Assembly (NCBI GenBank): GCA_964613815.1
Contig: CAZTKG010000003.1
Coordinates: 125,440 to 189,439 of the forward strand
Origin: an uncultured Gammaproteobacteria bacterium
Lineage (GTDB): Bacteria > Patescibacteriota > Patescibacteriia > UBA9934
Reading direction: 5' to 3'
Length of the DNA stretch: 64,000 nt
The notes beneath the pieces are model-generated. The model made no database searches. It was not told the origin of the DNA and worked only from the letters and a program-made list of their open reading frames with translations. Both the position numbers and the translations under genes were made by a program. Every line of letters begins with the position of its first letter. The first letter of the stretch is position 1. This document shows positions 1-12,827 of the stretch, in pieces.

Positions 1-265
1 ACGTGACGGCGCCTTCGAGGTCGTCGTCGTAGTCGTCGGGGTTTCCGTCGCAGTCGTTGTCGATGCCGTCGCAGATCTCACTGGCGCCGGGGTTGATGGT
101 CGAGTCGGCGTCGTTGCAGTCCTGATCTGCGGTGTAACCATCTCCGTCTGAGTCGACATTGGCAGACGTTGTGGACGCCGTGACTGCGTCACAGGTGCCA
201 GAATCGTGCCAGTGGACGTCGGTGGGCGTGCAGGCGATGATCAAAAAGGGGATGAAGTGCTTCAT
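1..265 (-). CDS. Secreted/lipoprotein-like protein with putative metal-binding (MopE-type) repeat, truncated at window edge
   Basis: Manual translation MKHFIPFLIIACTPT...DSDGDGY...DCNDADSTINPGASEICDGIDNDCDG; GGAGG upstream of the ATG; absent from the ORF track because it runs off the edge. Confidence 0.8.
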   Translation of the reverse strand, partial: MKHFIPFLIIACTPTDVHWHDSGTCDAVTASTTSANVDSDGDGYTADQDCNDADSTINPGASEICDGIDNDCDGNPDDYDDDLEGAVT

Positions 266-357
266 TGATTCCTCCGAAGCAGTGATGAAAGGATCTTGCC
301 AAAATAAAGGCTCAAGTAAACCTAGCGGAAAACAGGGTTCTTGTAAAGACTTTGGCA

Positions 358-386
358 TTGACACCGCGAACTTCCGATGTTAGAGT
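358..386 (+). promoter_or_regulatory. sigma70-type promoter for rpmE
   Basis: TTGACA-17 nt-TAGAGT just upstream of ATG at 401. Confidence 0.6.
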
Positions 387-400
387 ATCCACGAATTTCT

Positions 401-697
401 ATGAAAACTTCCATCCACCCAACTTATCATTCAGATGCAACGATTTCTTGCGCTTGCGGGACATCGTTTGCTTCTGGATCTACGGTTCAGGCCATTCAGG
501 TTGAACTTTGTAGCAAATGTCACCCATTTTACACAGGAAAGCAGAAAATTGTTGATACTGCTCGACGTGTTGAGAAGTTTGTTTCTCGCAATGAGAAAAA
601 AGCTGATGCGACACTTGATCACGCAGCGAAGCTTGCGAAAAAGAAAGCTCGAGCAGAGAAGCGTGCGGAGAAAAAGGCTGCTGAGGAGACTGTTTAG
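401..697 (+). CDS. rpmE: 50S ribosomal protein bL31 (Zn-binding type, Lys-rich C-terminal tail)
   Basis: MKTSIHPTY...CACG...[24 protein letters not shown]. Confidence 0.95.
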   Translation: MKTSIHPTYHSDATISCACGTSFASGSTVQAIQVELCSKCHPFYTGKQKIVDTARRVEKFVSRNEKKADATLDHAAKLAKKKARAEKRAEKKAAEETV

Positions 698-756
698 ATC
701 AAGAAAAATGTCTGCGAATTTTTGCAGGCGTTTTTTGTTACCTGTAAACTGACGTT

Positions 757-1833
757 ATGAATATTGAAGCGGTTTTGGAGCAATATAGTGCTCGGAAAGA
801 AGAACTTGAGCGAGAGATGAACTCTCCTGACCTCGCAAAAGACAATAAACGACTTGAAAAGGTGCATCGTGCGTATCGCGATGTTGCGGAGATTTTTGGG
901 TTGGCGAGTGCACTGCGCGTGGCCGAGGGGGATTTGCGCAGTGCGAAAGAGATGCTTTCTGGGGATGATGAAGAGATGCGCGAACTTGCCCGTGAAGAGG
1001 TTCCGATGCTTGAAGCGAAGATCGCGGAGCTGACGCCACAACTTGAGCAGGCGCTTATTCCGAAGGATCCGATTGATGAGAGTGGCGCGATTTTTGAACT
1101 TCGTGCTGGTGCTGGCGGAGATGAGGCAGCCTTGTTTGCCGGGGATTTGTTTCGGATGTATTCACGCTATGCCGAGGAGAAAGGGTGGAAGGTTGAGATT
1201 GCGAGTCAGAGTCAGAATGATTTGGGCGGATGTAAGGAGATTATCTTTTCTATGAAGCATGCAGGGGCGTTTGGGGAGTTTCGGCATGAGAGCGGCGTTC
1301 ATCGGGTTCAGCGCGTTCCAGCGACAGAGAAGCAAGGGCGGATTCATACCTCTACTGCCACTGTTGCGGTTTTGCCGATTATTGAGGAGCAGGACTTTCA
1401 TATTGATGCCAAGGATTTGAAGATTGAGGCGACAACCTCTACCGGGGCCGGCGGACAGAGTGTGAATACGACGTATTCTGCGGTGCGGATTGTGCATATT
1501 CCGACAGGGGTGATGGTCTACTGTCAGGAAGAACGGTCTCAACGACAGAATAAGGAGCGTGCGCTTCAGATTATTCGGGCACGGGTGTATGCGGCTGAGC
1601 AGGAGAAAAAACAGGCGGAGCTGGATGCGACGCGGCGAAGTCAGATTGGGACTGGGGATCGGAGTGAGAAAATTCGGACGTATAACGAACCGCAGGATCG
1701 GGTGACGGATCATCGGATTAAGACGACGTGGCATAATCTTGCGGGGATTTTGAATGGAGATATCGGAGAGATCATTGCGAACGTTCGCCTTGCCATTCAT
1801 CAGGAAGCGCTTGCGGATGCGACGGAGGGGTAA
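757..1833 (+). CDS. prfA: Peptide chain release factor 1
   Basis: [34 protein letters not shown] motifs. Confidence 0.97.
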   Translation: MNIEAVLEQYSARKEELEREMNSPDLAKDNKRLEKVHRAYRDVAEIFGLASALRVAEGDLRSAKEMLSGDDEEMRELAREEVPMLEAKIAELTPQLEQALIPKDPIDESGAIFELRAGAGGDEAALFAGDLFRMYSRYAEEKGWKVEIASQSQNDLGGCKEIIFSMKHAGAFGEFRHESGVHRVQRVPATEKQGRIHTSTATVAVLPIIEEQDFHIDAKDLKIEATTSTGAGGQSVNTTYSAVRIVHIPTGVMVYCQEERSQRQNKERALQIIRARVYAAEQEKKQAELDATRRSQIGTGDRSEKIRTYNEPQDRVTDHRIKTTWHNLAGILNGDIGEIIANVRLAIHQEALADATEG

Positions 1834-1836
1834 TGT

Positions 1837-2721
1837 ATGTCTACGATTTTTGAAGCTCTGCAATGGGCTCAGGAGGAGATTAAGTCTACTTCGCATGAGC
1901 AAGTGAATAAGCCGAATGCGATGATTGAGGCGCAGATGCTTTTGCGTCATGTTTTGGATGTGCCGGCGGCGCATTTGTTTTCGCACTTTAGTGATTACGT
2001 GGCCGCTGATAAGTTGAATGCGTATACGGATTTTGTGAAGCGGCGAGCGGCGCATGAGCCGATTGCTTATATTTTGGGGGAGAAGGGGTTTTATGGGCGG
2101 GACTTTGTGGTGACGGCTGATGTTTTGATTCCGCGGCCGGAGACGGAGCTTCTTGTGGAGGCGGCGATGGAGATTATTGATGAGGATACCGCGGTTCTGG
2201 ATGTTGGGACGGGGTCTGGAGCGATTGGGATTACGCTTGTGAAGGAGGTTGGGTGTGAGGTAGTCGCTTCTGATGTTTCTGTGGATGCGTTAACTGTCGC
2301 AAGGCGGAATGCGGAGAGATTGAAGGCTGCTGACAAGATTCGATTTCTTGAGGGGAGTTTGTTGGAGCCGTTTTTTGCTTCTGACTTGATCAACCGCGAG
2401 CACAAGACGATGGTGATTTGTGCGAATCTGCCGTATGTGAAGATTGATGCCTGGCCGTCGCTTGATCCTGATGTGAGGCAGTTTGAGCCGAAAAAGGCGA
2501 TCGTTGGCGGAGCTGATGGACTGGATTTTTATCGGGAGCTGCTTGGGCAGATTTCTGCGCGGCGGGAGATCTTTCCTCGGGCGCTGTTTGTGTTGATGGA
2601 GATTGATCCTGGGCAGGAACTTGGGGCGCCACGGATGGTGGAGGAAGTGTTTCCTGGGGCGATTGTGGATGTGCGGGAGGATATGAGTAAGCGCGCGCGA
2701 CTTGTTGTGGTACGGTGCTGA
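1837..2721 (+). CDS. prmC: Release factor glutamine methyltransferase
   Basis: EPIAYILG, VLIPRPETE, DVGTGSG, NLPY; follows prfA. Confidence 0.95.
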   Translation: MSTIFEALQWAQEEIKSTSHEQVNKPNAMIEAQMLLRHVLDVPAAHLFSHFSDYVAADKLNAYTDFVKRRAAHEPIAYILGEKGFYGRDFVVTADVLIPRPETELLVEAAMEIIDEDTAVLDVGTGSGAIGITLVKEVGCEVVASDVSVDALTVARRNAERLKAADKIRFLEGSLLEPFFASDLINREHKTMVICANLPYVKIDAWPSLDPDVRQFEPKKAIVGGADGLDFYRELLGQISARREIFPRALFVLMEIDPGQELGAPRMVEEVFPGAIVDVREDMSKRARLVVVRC

Positions 2722-2722
2722 T

Positions 2723-3103
2723 ATGAAAGAAGTCTCTGATGAAATTCATGCGTATTTAGAGGCTCGTGGATGGGTACCGACGTCTGCTTCGACGATTGCG
2801 AAGGGGATCAGCATTGAGGCGGCGGAGCTTTTGGAGCATTTTCAGTGGGACGAGGTGGCGTTTTCTGATCTTGATCCCGATTCTGAACGAGCTCGGAAGA
2901 TTCGGCATGAGCTAGCGGACGTGATGATTTATTGTTTGCAGATGGCTCGGTATCTTGGCGTGGACGCAGAAGATGTCGTGCGCGAGAAAATGCGGAGACA
3001 GGAAGAGAAATATCCGGTTGAGAAGGTTCGTGGCATGGGAACCGCCTATTATGAGATTCGAGATGCTGCAAGATCATCAGACTGGGATCAAAAAACAGCC
3101 TAG
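2723..3103 (+). CDS. MazG-like all-alpha NTP pyrophosphohydrolase
   Basis: EAAELLEHFQW ... ELADVMIY ... KYP. Confidence 0.85.
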   Translation: MKEVSDEIHAYLEARGWVPTSASTIAKGISIEAAELLEHFQWDEVAFSDLDPDSERARKIRHELADVMIYCLQMARYLGVDAEDVVREKMRRQEEKYPVEKVRGMGTAYYEIRDAARSSDWDQKTA

Positions 3104-3116
3104 CCGGCTGTTTTTT
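3090..3116. terminator. Bidirectional intrinsic terminator
   Basis: AAAAAACAGCC-tagcc-GGCTGTTTTTT between convergent genes. Confidence 0.75.
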
Positions 3117-3119
3117 GTT

Positions 3120-4256
3120 TTACTTCCCTCCCTCGTGGTAGATCTCGACTTGTGAGAGGTCTGACACGACTTCGATCCAAGTTGTGCCGGCGTTGAATTG
3201 GATTTCTTCGCCCTCTGTTTTGTAGAAGCGGATTCGGTCGGTTCGTTCTTCTTTTTTCCAGGTGACGAGTTCGGTTTCTCCGTCTTGGGAGAAGATTGCG
3301 TCTCCTGATCCTAGGGTTTCTAGTGACTTTCGGCCGATGCTGTCGATGATGCGGATGTCGGTCGCGATGACGGCGACGTTATTTGCGTAGATAGAGGCGC
3401 CGTTTTCCATGAGCATTTCGTCACCTGCCTGGAAGCGTTCGTAGCTATTTGTTGGTGCATCGTATGTCCAGCCGATTTCGTAGAGGTAGCTGCCGTTGAA
3501 GTCGATGGTGATGGATTCTGCGTCAGAGGCGATGACTGGTTGGTCGTCTTTGAAGCTCCATGACTCGTATGCTGGCTCGCCCTCGATTTCTTTGTCGACG
3601 AGTGCTGCGAGGAGCATGACCATTGAGGTGTAGACGTTATGTGGGGCGTAGCGCGTTTGGTTCTGGCGGTAGAAGTACGTACCGTTCCAGGTTTGGTCTA
3701 GGTCGATGGTGCCTGTGACGTTCTTGATGAGGTCTAGGGCCTCTGGTGAGCCTCCGACGTGTGCATAGACCGCGTCTAGGGCGTCGTTCCAGTCTAGATA
3801 GTATGGACGCGATGAGCGGATTGGACCTACTTTTTCTACATCACTCTCTTCTGAGTAGAACGCGATGAAGCGAGGGATACTTGCTTCTACCGGCGCCTCG
3901 ATGACGAGAAAGGCCTTGTCGAGTCCAGTGAGCGGCCATGCTCCGGCGGAATTTTCCACCATGATACCGAATACTCTTGGGAGGGACTCGAGTGGTGATT
4001 CGAGGAGGTCTCCTGTGAGCGGGTGCCGGTCTGGTTCGGTGACGGTCTCGGCCTGCTCGTCTTGATCTTCTGATACACGATCTACTGTGGACATGACGGC
4101 GAGGAGCATAAGAACGCCGACGGCAAGCAGGGCAGCGACGGCAATCCAGATCTCTCGGCTTTTAAATGTCTTTAGTGATTTTCCCATTTTAGCCCAAAAT
4201 GAGGGCTTTGGACCCTCAGGCTTGGAGCTTTGGGAGTTTTTGGACTCCTCTTGCAT
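3120..4256 (-). CDS. DUF3048-like membrane-anchored protein
   Basis: N-terminal TM; MVEN, GPIRSSRPY, HVGGSP, APHNVY motifs. Confidence 0.8.
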   Translation of the reverse strand: MQEESKNSQSSKPEGPKPSFWAKMGKSLKTFKSREIWIAVAALLAVGVLMLLAVMSTVDRVSEDQDEQAETVTEPDRHPLTGDLLESPLESLPRVFGIMVENSAGAWPLTGLDKAFLVIEAPVEASIPRFIAFYSEESDVEKVGPIRSSRPYYLDWNDALDAVYAHVGGSPEALDLIKNVTGTIDLDQTWNGTYFYRQNQTRYAPHNVYTSMVMLLAALVDKEIEGEPAYESWSFKDDQPVIASDAESITIDFNGSYLYEIGWTYDAPTNSYERFQAGDEMLMENGASIYANNVAVIATDIRIIDSIGRKSLETLGSGDAIFSQDGETELVTWKKEERTDRIRFYKTEGEEIQFNAGTTWIEVVSDLSQVEIYHEGGK

Positions 4257-4259
4257 AGA

Positions 4260-4940
4260 CTATTTGTCTGATGATTCTTCTTTTGATTCCCCGTCTTCTG
4301 ATTCCTCATCCTTCTTTTCGCTGGTCACTTCGACGTTTGATACGTCTCCATCTACCGCTTCGTCGAGCGCTTCCATTTCTTCTTCTGATCGTGGAGGCTG
4401 TACTGATGCGATTGCCTTTTCTGCGTCTGTGATGAGCTCGATGCCTTCTGGCATCTTGAGGTCACTCACGCGGAGGACGTCGTCGAATGTCTCGAGAGAC
4501 TCAACACTTACGGTGATTTCTTTCATGAGCGCCGATGGAAGTGCTACGACTTCAATTTCTTCAAGCGACTGGAGCAATGTTCCGCCGAGCGCCTTGACCG
4601 CAGGAGCCTCGCCTTCGAGCGTGATTGAGATAGAAGCCTCTACCTTCTTACTCATGTCTACGCGACGAAAGTCTGCGTGTGTGATGTCGTCAGAAATTGG
4701 ATGTCGTTGGATTTCTTGAATGAGGACATCGTGCGCTGACCCTTCAACGTCTAGCTTGATCACGGTACTTGTTCCCGCTTTTGACAAGAGACGCTCGAGG
4801 TTGTTTCGGTCCAGCTTTAGGCTTGTTGGTTCTGTTTCGAATCCATACATAACCGCAGGGACCTCTCCCTCTGCACGTAATTGGTTTGTTTTGCGTCCAC
4901 TGATTGTTCGTGTGGAGGCAGTAATTGTCATTTCACTCAT
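4260..4940 (-). CDS. rplY: 50S ribosomal protein bL25/Ctc
   Basis: LRAEGEVPAVMYG, IQRHP, HADF; acidic tail. Confidence 0.93.
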   Translation of the reverse strand: MSEMTITASTRTISGRKTNQLRAEGEVPAVMYGFETEPTSLKLDRNNLERLLSKAGTSTVIKLDVEGSAHDVLIQEIQRHPISDDITHADFRRVDMSKKVEASISITLEGEAPAVKALGGTLLQSLEEIEVVALPSALMKEITVSVESLETFDDVLRVSDLKMPEGIELITDAEKAIASVQPPRSEEEMEALDEAVDGDVSNVEVTSEKKDEESEDGESKEESSDK

Positions 4941-4969
4941 AGCTTTTGTTATCGTAAATCGCCCGTATT

Positions 4970-5287
4970 TCACCGTAATTCGGGAAAATTGTCAAGCGAG
5001 CAGACCTCGTGCATTTCGATGACGTCGTCTACTGTGATCTTTTCGCCATGCAAGAAGCGTTTTGCGTCTTTTGCAGACCAGTCTGTGAGAAATCCAGCGC
5101 ATTCGATCCCTCCCCCTTTGTAGCGAATGTGCAGCATCATGGCATTTTTGCACTTTTGACATTTTGAGTGAACGTAGGAAGAACGCTCTTTTGATTCGAT
5201 CTGTGTCACATCTGCCGAAGCATACACCTCTTTGCAGTAGGGGCACTTTGTTATCGGACTCGTTGCTTCGGATTCTGATTTTTGCAT
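4970..5287 (-). CDS. Small zinc-ribbon protein
   Basis: CPYC...CQKC, ITVDDVIEMH. Confidence 0.7.
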   Translation of the reverse strand: MQKSESEATSPITKCPYCKEVYASADVTQIESKERSSYVHSKCQKCKNAMMLHIRYKGGGIECAGFLTDWSAKDAKRFLHGEKITVDDVIEMHEVCSLDNFPELR

Positions 5288-5330
5288 ATTTGCTAGAGAT
5301 TTCTGGTGAGCGCATTATATCATGACGTAT

Positions 5331-6446
5331 TTAGCTGAGCCGCTCCCCTGGCCTTAACTGTACCGCAATACTTTCTATGATGCCGACCATGATAAGCGAG
5401 AACAGGAGTGAGCTTCCCCCGTAACTCATGAGCGGAAGAGCAATTCCCGTTGTTGGGAAAATGGCGAGATTTACCGCGATATTGACGCAGGCTTGGAAAA
5501 ATAGGGACCCGAGCAGGGCAACAGCTAGAAAACTCGTGAAGTGGTCGCTGGAGAGCCTTGCGATGCGCAAAATTCTGACGCAGATGAGCGTAAGTGTCAA
5601 TAAGACGATTGTGACACCGAGGAACCCCAACTCTTCTGCGATGACAGCGAAGATGAAATCTGTTTGGCTTTCTGGGAGGAATTTAAGCTGGCTTTGAGAA
5701 CCGAACCCGAGGCCCCTTCCGAATATTTGGCCAGATCCAATGGCGATTTGTGCCTGCGTGATGTTGTATCCACTCGATAATGGATCGGCAGCTGGGTTTA
5801 AAAATACCTCTACACGTTCTTTTTGATACGGTTTTAGGAGGAATGACCAAGATACCGCTGAGACGATGACGGTTGCGACAAGGAGTGCCGCTATATGATG
5901 AGCGCGCGCGCCTGCGAAAAATGTGATCGTTGCCCAGATGCCAACCAGAAGTGTTGCGGACCCGACGTCTGGCTGCGCGAGCGTAAGAAGAACTGGCACC
6001 CCAGCGATTGTCATACTTCCGAATAATTCCCTCCAGCCAAATCGTTTTCTCGCGCGCTCGGCGTAATATCTCGCTAGCTGAATCGCGAGGGCCAGCTTCA
6101 TGAACTCGACAGGCTGGAAAGAGAAGATGCCTAGTTGGAACCACCCCGTGGTTCCACGGATGTCTGCGCCGAAGATGAGGACGGCCAGCATGAGTAAAAT
6201 CCCGAAGGCGTAGATGACGCGACCATAGCTTCGGAGGAAGAGATGACTCACGCGTGTCAGTCCGATGATCACAATGAGACCCAGGAGAAATGCTCCTGAC
6301 TGCTTCTTGATGAGGAGAAAATCTGAGCTTTCCCGCGAGAGCTCAACGGAATAGATCGCTGCCATGCCGAACGCAAAAAGCGCCATGGCGCCGAGCATGA
6401 GCCACCAGTCGAGGCGTGCGATGTTTTGCAGCCACTTATGAAGCAT
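5331..6446 (-). CDS. rodA: SEDS-family rod shape-determining protein RodA
   Basis: FQPVEF, QPDVGS, GYNITQAQIAIGSG, PESQTDFIF, SYGGSS. Confidence 0.92.
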   Translation of the reverse strand: MLHKWLQNIARLDWWLMLGAMALFAFGMAAIYSVELSRESSDFLLIKKQSGAFLLGLIVIIGLTRVSHLFLRSYGRVIYAFGILLMLAVLIFGADIRGTTGWFQLGIFSFQPVEFMKLALAIQLARYYAERARKRFGWRELFGSMTIAGVPVLLTLAQPDVGSATLLVGIWATITFFAGARAHHIAALLVATVIVSAVSWSFLLKPYQKERVEVFLNPAADPLSSGYNITQAQIAIGSGQIFGRGLGFGSQSQLKFLPESQTDFIFAVIAEELGFLGVTIVLLTLTLICVRILRIARLSSDHFTSFLAVALLGSLFFQACVNIAVNLAIFPTTGIALPLMSYGGSSLLFSLIMVGIIESIAVQLRPGERLS

Positions 6447-6485
6447 GGTTGCAGCTTACAGAAAAAGCCCCGATGGGAGTAGGGC

Positions 6486-9518
<3,033 letters not shown>

Positions 9519-9639
9519 AGAGCTTTTGATAAAACAGCGGTGATTGTCGCTGTTTTTGATTTAACCCTTGTCAAAAACGCTTATTTGTTATACATTCTAG
9601 TCGTTGCCCACCAGGGCTTTTTTGAAAACTCAAAAATTT

Positions 9640-9846
9640 ATGAAATCAGCTAGTTTTGGATCTGTTATCAAGTATTTTCGGGAGGCGAAACAGGAACTTG
9701 AAAAGGTTACCTGGCCGAATCAGAAGGAGGTTACTCGGTACTCGATTCTATGTATCGTCATCAGCGTTCTTGCTGGAGCTTACTTTGGCGTCCTGGATCA
9801 GATTCTTAGCTATTTCGTTGAGGTTCTCGTGAACCTCGCTAACTAA
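9640..9846 (+). CDS. secE: Preprotein translocase SecE
   Basis: ELEKVTWP plus TM; upstream of nusG. Confidence 0.9.
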   Translation: MKSASFGSVIKYFREAKQELEKVTWPNQKEVTRYSILCIVISVLAGAYFGVLDQILSYFVEVLVNLAN

Positions 9847-9852
9847 ATTACT

Positions 9853-10398
9853 ATGGCAAAACAAACAGCGAATTACGGTCGACGCTGGTACGCGATCCAC
9901 ACCTACTCTGGCTATGAGGAGAACGTGTGTGAAAACTTGATGCAGCGTATTGAGACCATGGACATGGAGGAGAAGATCTTTCAGGTCCTTGTTCCGAAGG
10001 AGAAGAAGATCAAAATCAAGAATGGAAAGCGACGGATTGTTGAGGAGAAGATTTTTCCAGGATATGTGCTCGTTGAGATGATGGTGACTGATGACTCTTG
10101 GTATGTTGTGCGAAATACGCCAAACGTGACGGGATTTATTGGCGCTGGGACCACCCCTACACCGATTGCTGAGCAAGAGATTGAGTCTCTTATGAAGCGG
10201 ATGGGTGTGGAAGATCCTGAGTTTACGCTCGATGTACGTGTTGGTGATCCGATCGCGATTACTGACGGGCCGTTTAAGGATCAGCAAGGAAAGGTTTCTG
10301 AGATCGATGAGCAGCGCGGAAAGATCAAGGTTCTTGTTTCCATGTTTGGTCGAGAAACTCCGCTTGAGCTCGACTTCTTGCAGGTTAAGAAAGTTTAG
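9853..10398 (+). CDS. nusG: Transcription factor NusG
   Basis: WYAIHTYSGYE, FPGYVLV, KOW domain, FGRETP. Confidence 0.97.
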   Translation: MAKQTANYGRRWYAIHTYSGYEENVCENLMQRIETMDMEEKIFQVLVPKEKKIKIKNGKRRIVEEKIFPGYVLVEMMVTDDSWYVVRNTPNVTGFIGAGTTPTPIAEQEIESLMKRMGVEDPEFTLDVRVGDPIAITDGPFKDQQGKVSEIDEQRGKIKVLVSMFGRETPLELDFLQVKKV

Positions 10399-10426
10399 TC
10401 CTGATTCCCCTATAGTAAATTGAAAT

Positions 10427-10849
10427 ATGTCTAAAGAAATTGTCAAAGTTCTCAAAGTTCAGGCTCCTGGGGGAGGGGCTACTCCTGCACCGCCGCTTGG
10501 GCCAGCGCTCTCGCAGTATGGTGTGAATATTCAGCAGTTTGTGACTGATTTTAACGCGAAGACACAAGATCGTCGCGGCGAGACCGTCCCGGCTGTGTTG
10601 ACGATCTATGCTGATCGGACGTTTAGCTTCATTTTGAAGACGGCGCCGGCTAGTGACATGATCAAGAAGGCCGCTGGGATTAAGAAGGGGTCTGGAAAGG
10701 CTCTTACAGAGAAAGCAGGATCAATCACGAAGGCTCAGCTGCAGGAAATTGCTGAGGCGAAGATGGTTGACTTAAATACCAATGACGTTGAGATGGCGAT
10801 GCGGATTATTGAAGGGACCTGTCGTCAAATGGGCGTTGAGGTGAAATAA
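10427..10849 (+). CDS. rplK: 50S ribosomal protein uL11
   Basis: ATPAPPLGPAL, GTCRQMG. Confidence 0.97.
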   Translation: MSKEIVKVLKVQAPGGGATPAPPLGPALSQYGVNIQQFVTDFNAKTQDRRGETVPAVLTIYADRTFSFILKTAPASDMIKKAAGIKKGSGKALTEKAGSITKAQLQEIAEAKMVDLNTNDVEMAMRIIEGTCRQMGVEVK

Positions 10850-10858
10850 CCCAAATCT

Positions 10859-11263
10859 ATGAAAGGTGCACAGGAGGTTCTCATTAAAATCTATTTCTTG
10901 CTTGTTTCGATTATTACGCTGATCATGATTCTCGTTGTCGGATCTGGCCTGCTTGATACGGGGCTTCGGGCGTATGTGTTTCCGAATGCGAACCAACCTT
11001 CTCACGTGAAGCTTTGTGATGCGGATTCGAATGACCTGCTATTTAAGAGCGATTCTCCCACGACGCTGGAGATCGAGACCGCGATCACTGAATGCGACAC
11101 TTACAACGTGGAACAGATGTATCGGTATGAGGTCAATCAGGCCCAGGATGCCGTCCGAAATCTCTCGTATCTGATCGTTGCGCTTCCGATCTTCTTCCTT
11201 CACTTCCGGATCATCCTTCGTGAATGGCGGGGCCGGGATAACAAGAAACCTGCAAAAAAATAA
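10859..11263 (+). CDS. Two-TM membrane protein inserted between rplK and rplA
   Basis: YFLLVSIITL... and ...LPIFFLHF; resembles DUF5671-type CPR proteins. Confidence 0.7.
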   Translation: MKGAQEVLIKIYFLLVSIITLIMILVVGSGLLDTGLRAYVFPNANQPSHVKLCDADSNDLLFKSDSPTTLEIETAITECDTYNVEQMYRYEVNQAQDAVRNLSYLIVALPIFFLHFRIILREWRGRDNKKPAKK

Positions 11264-11271
11264 CTAATTAC

Positions 11272-11302
11272 TGTGGGAGCTGATCTTCAGCGCTTGAACC
11301 AC
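11272..11302 (+). promoter_or_regulatory. Putative uL1 autoregulatory leader
   Basis: GTGGGAG-ctga tct tcag-cgcttgaaCCAC directly upstream of rplA. Confidence 0.55.
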
Positions 11303-11315
11303 TAACGAAACCATT

Positions 11316-11993
11316 ATGCCTAGTAAGCGTTTTAAGGAGATTGTTAAAGGAGTTGATAAGGATAAGAAATACGGGCTAGATGAAGCTATTGAGCTTTTGA
11401 AGCAGGGGGCTACCGCGAAGTTTGACGAGACGGTTGAATTGCACTTTCAGCTTGGGATTGATCCGAAGAAGAGTGATCAGCAGATTCGTGCGACACTCGT
11501 GCTTCCGCATGGGACTGGGAAGACGAAGCGTGTGATCGTGTTTGCGGATAGCGCGAATGAATCAGCTGCGAAGGAGGCTGGTGCTGACATTGTTGGGACT
11601 GAGGAGACGATTGCGGAGATCGTGCAGAAAGGCGTTATTGACTTTGATGTTGCGATCGCTGTGCCGACGATGATGCCGAAGCTTGCGAAGGCTGCGCGTG
11701 TTCTTGGACCTCGTGGACTTATGCCGAACCCGAAGACGGATACGGTAGGAACGAATATTGCGAAGATGGTTGCAGAGCAGAAAGGGGGGAAGATCTCGTT
11801 TAAGAACGATAATACGTCGAACTTGCATATCGCTTGTGGAAAGGCCTCGTTTGAGACCCCGAAGTTGAAGGAGAATCTTGAGACAGTGATTGAGGCTTTG
11901 AAGAAATCTAAGCCTGCTGCTTCTAAGGGGATATTCATTAAGAAGGCGATCTTGACGAGTACGATGGGAGCGGGGATTGCGCTTGAGGTTTAG
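11316..11993 (+). CDS. rplA: 50S ribosomal protein uL1
   Basis: AKFDETVE, LPHGTGK, LGPRGLMPNPK, STMG. Confidence 0.97.
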   Translation: MPSKRFKEIVKGVDKDKKYGLDEAIELLKQGATAKFDETVELHFQLGIDPKKSDQQIRATLVLPHGTGKTKRVIVFADSANESAAKEAGADIVGTEETIAEIVQKGVIDFDVAIAVPTMMPKLAKAARVLGPRGLMPNPKTDTVGTNIAKMVAEQKGGKISFKNDNTSNLHIACGKASFETPKLKENLETVIEALKKSKPAASKGIFIKKAILTSTMGAGIALEV

Positions 11994-12002
11994 TCGGTCA
12001 TT

Positions 12003-12032
12003 AAAAATAGAGCTTGAGGGCTCTATTTTTTT
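12003..12032 (+). terminator. Intrinsic terminator after rplA
   Basis: AAAAATAGAGC-ttgagg-GCTCTATTTTTTT. Confidence 0.75.
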
Positions 12033-12037
12033 ATCTC

Positions 12038-12113
12038 GTCATTGCGAGCGTAGCGCGGCAATCTTGCGGTTGTGCCTCGCGGATTGGGATTGCCGCGCTA
12101 CGCTCGCAATGAC
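12038..12113. repeat. REP-like palindromic element (GTCATTGCGAG type)
   Basis: Perfect 26-bp inverted repeat GTCATTGCGAGCGTAGCGCGGCAATC / GATTGCCGCGCTACGCTCGCAATGAC. Confidence 0.85.
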
Positions 12114-12152
12114 AGTGCTTCGTTTGCCTCGTTATGATAAAGTACTTTCAAT

Positions 12153-12827
12153 ATGATTTTGACTCGTGATGCTATTTTGGCGCGGATTCGGAAGGGGGAG
12201 CTTGTTTTTACTCCGGGGGTTGATCGGTTTCAGTTGCAGCCGCATGCGATCGATTTGCGGCTTGGGTATCGGTTTTTGATTCCGAAGAATTGGTCGGTGA
12301 CGGAGAGGGGGAGAGAGGCGATTCAGATATCGATAGAAGAGGAGTCTCGGCATCGGGAGCAGTTTGAAGAGGTTGTTTTGGAGCCTGGGCAGTATTTTGA
12401 CTTGTTGCCGAATGAGTTTGTGATTGCGACGAGTTTAGAGCATCTGGAGCTGAATGCGCCGGATTTGATGGCGCTTTTGTTTCCTCGGACGAGTACGAAT
12501 CGGCGGGGGATTAATCTTTCGCTCTCGGGGATTATTGATACGGGGTATCATGGGAATTTGATTTTTCCGATGAAGAATGAGGCTGGGGATCAGGTTTTGC
12601 GGCTTTATCCTGGGGAGCGGATTTGTCAGGTTATTTTTGAGACACTCGATGCGCCGCTCAGTAAAGCGGCTGCACAGATGCACGGGATGAGTCCTGCGAA
12701 GTATTCTCATGCGGCAGATTCCGCCTATCGAGTTGATAAGTCTGAAGAGCGAGAACGGCTTGTGGCGGGGGATTTGGAGGGGTTAAAATCAGCCTTTGGG
12801 GTCGATTTGGACGAGGACTCGGCCTAG
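12153..12827 (+). CDS. Dcd/dUTPase-fold protein lacking the deaminase catalytic Glu
   Basis: QPHAIDLRLG, RTSTNRRG, IDTGYHGNLIFPMKN, GERICQ. Confidence 0.85.
   Translation: MILTRDAILARIRKGELVFTPGVDRFQLQPHAIDLRLGYRFLIPKNWSVTERGREAIQISIEEESRHREQFEEVVLEPGQYFDLLPNEFVIATSLEHLELNAPDLMALLFPRTSTNRRGINLSLSGIIDTGYHGNLIFPMKNEAGDQVLRLYPGERICQVIFETLDAPLSKAAAQMHGMSPAKYSHAADSAYRVDKSEERERLVAGDLEGLKSAFGVDLDEDSA

Noticed and set aside
309-320. 12-bp match GGCTCAAGTAAA to the IS1595 end at 52226
   Set aside because: It does not extend to the TGGAACA part of the TIR and has no partner end; likely chance.
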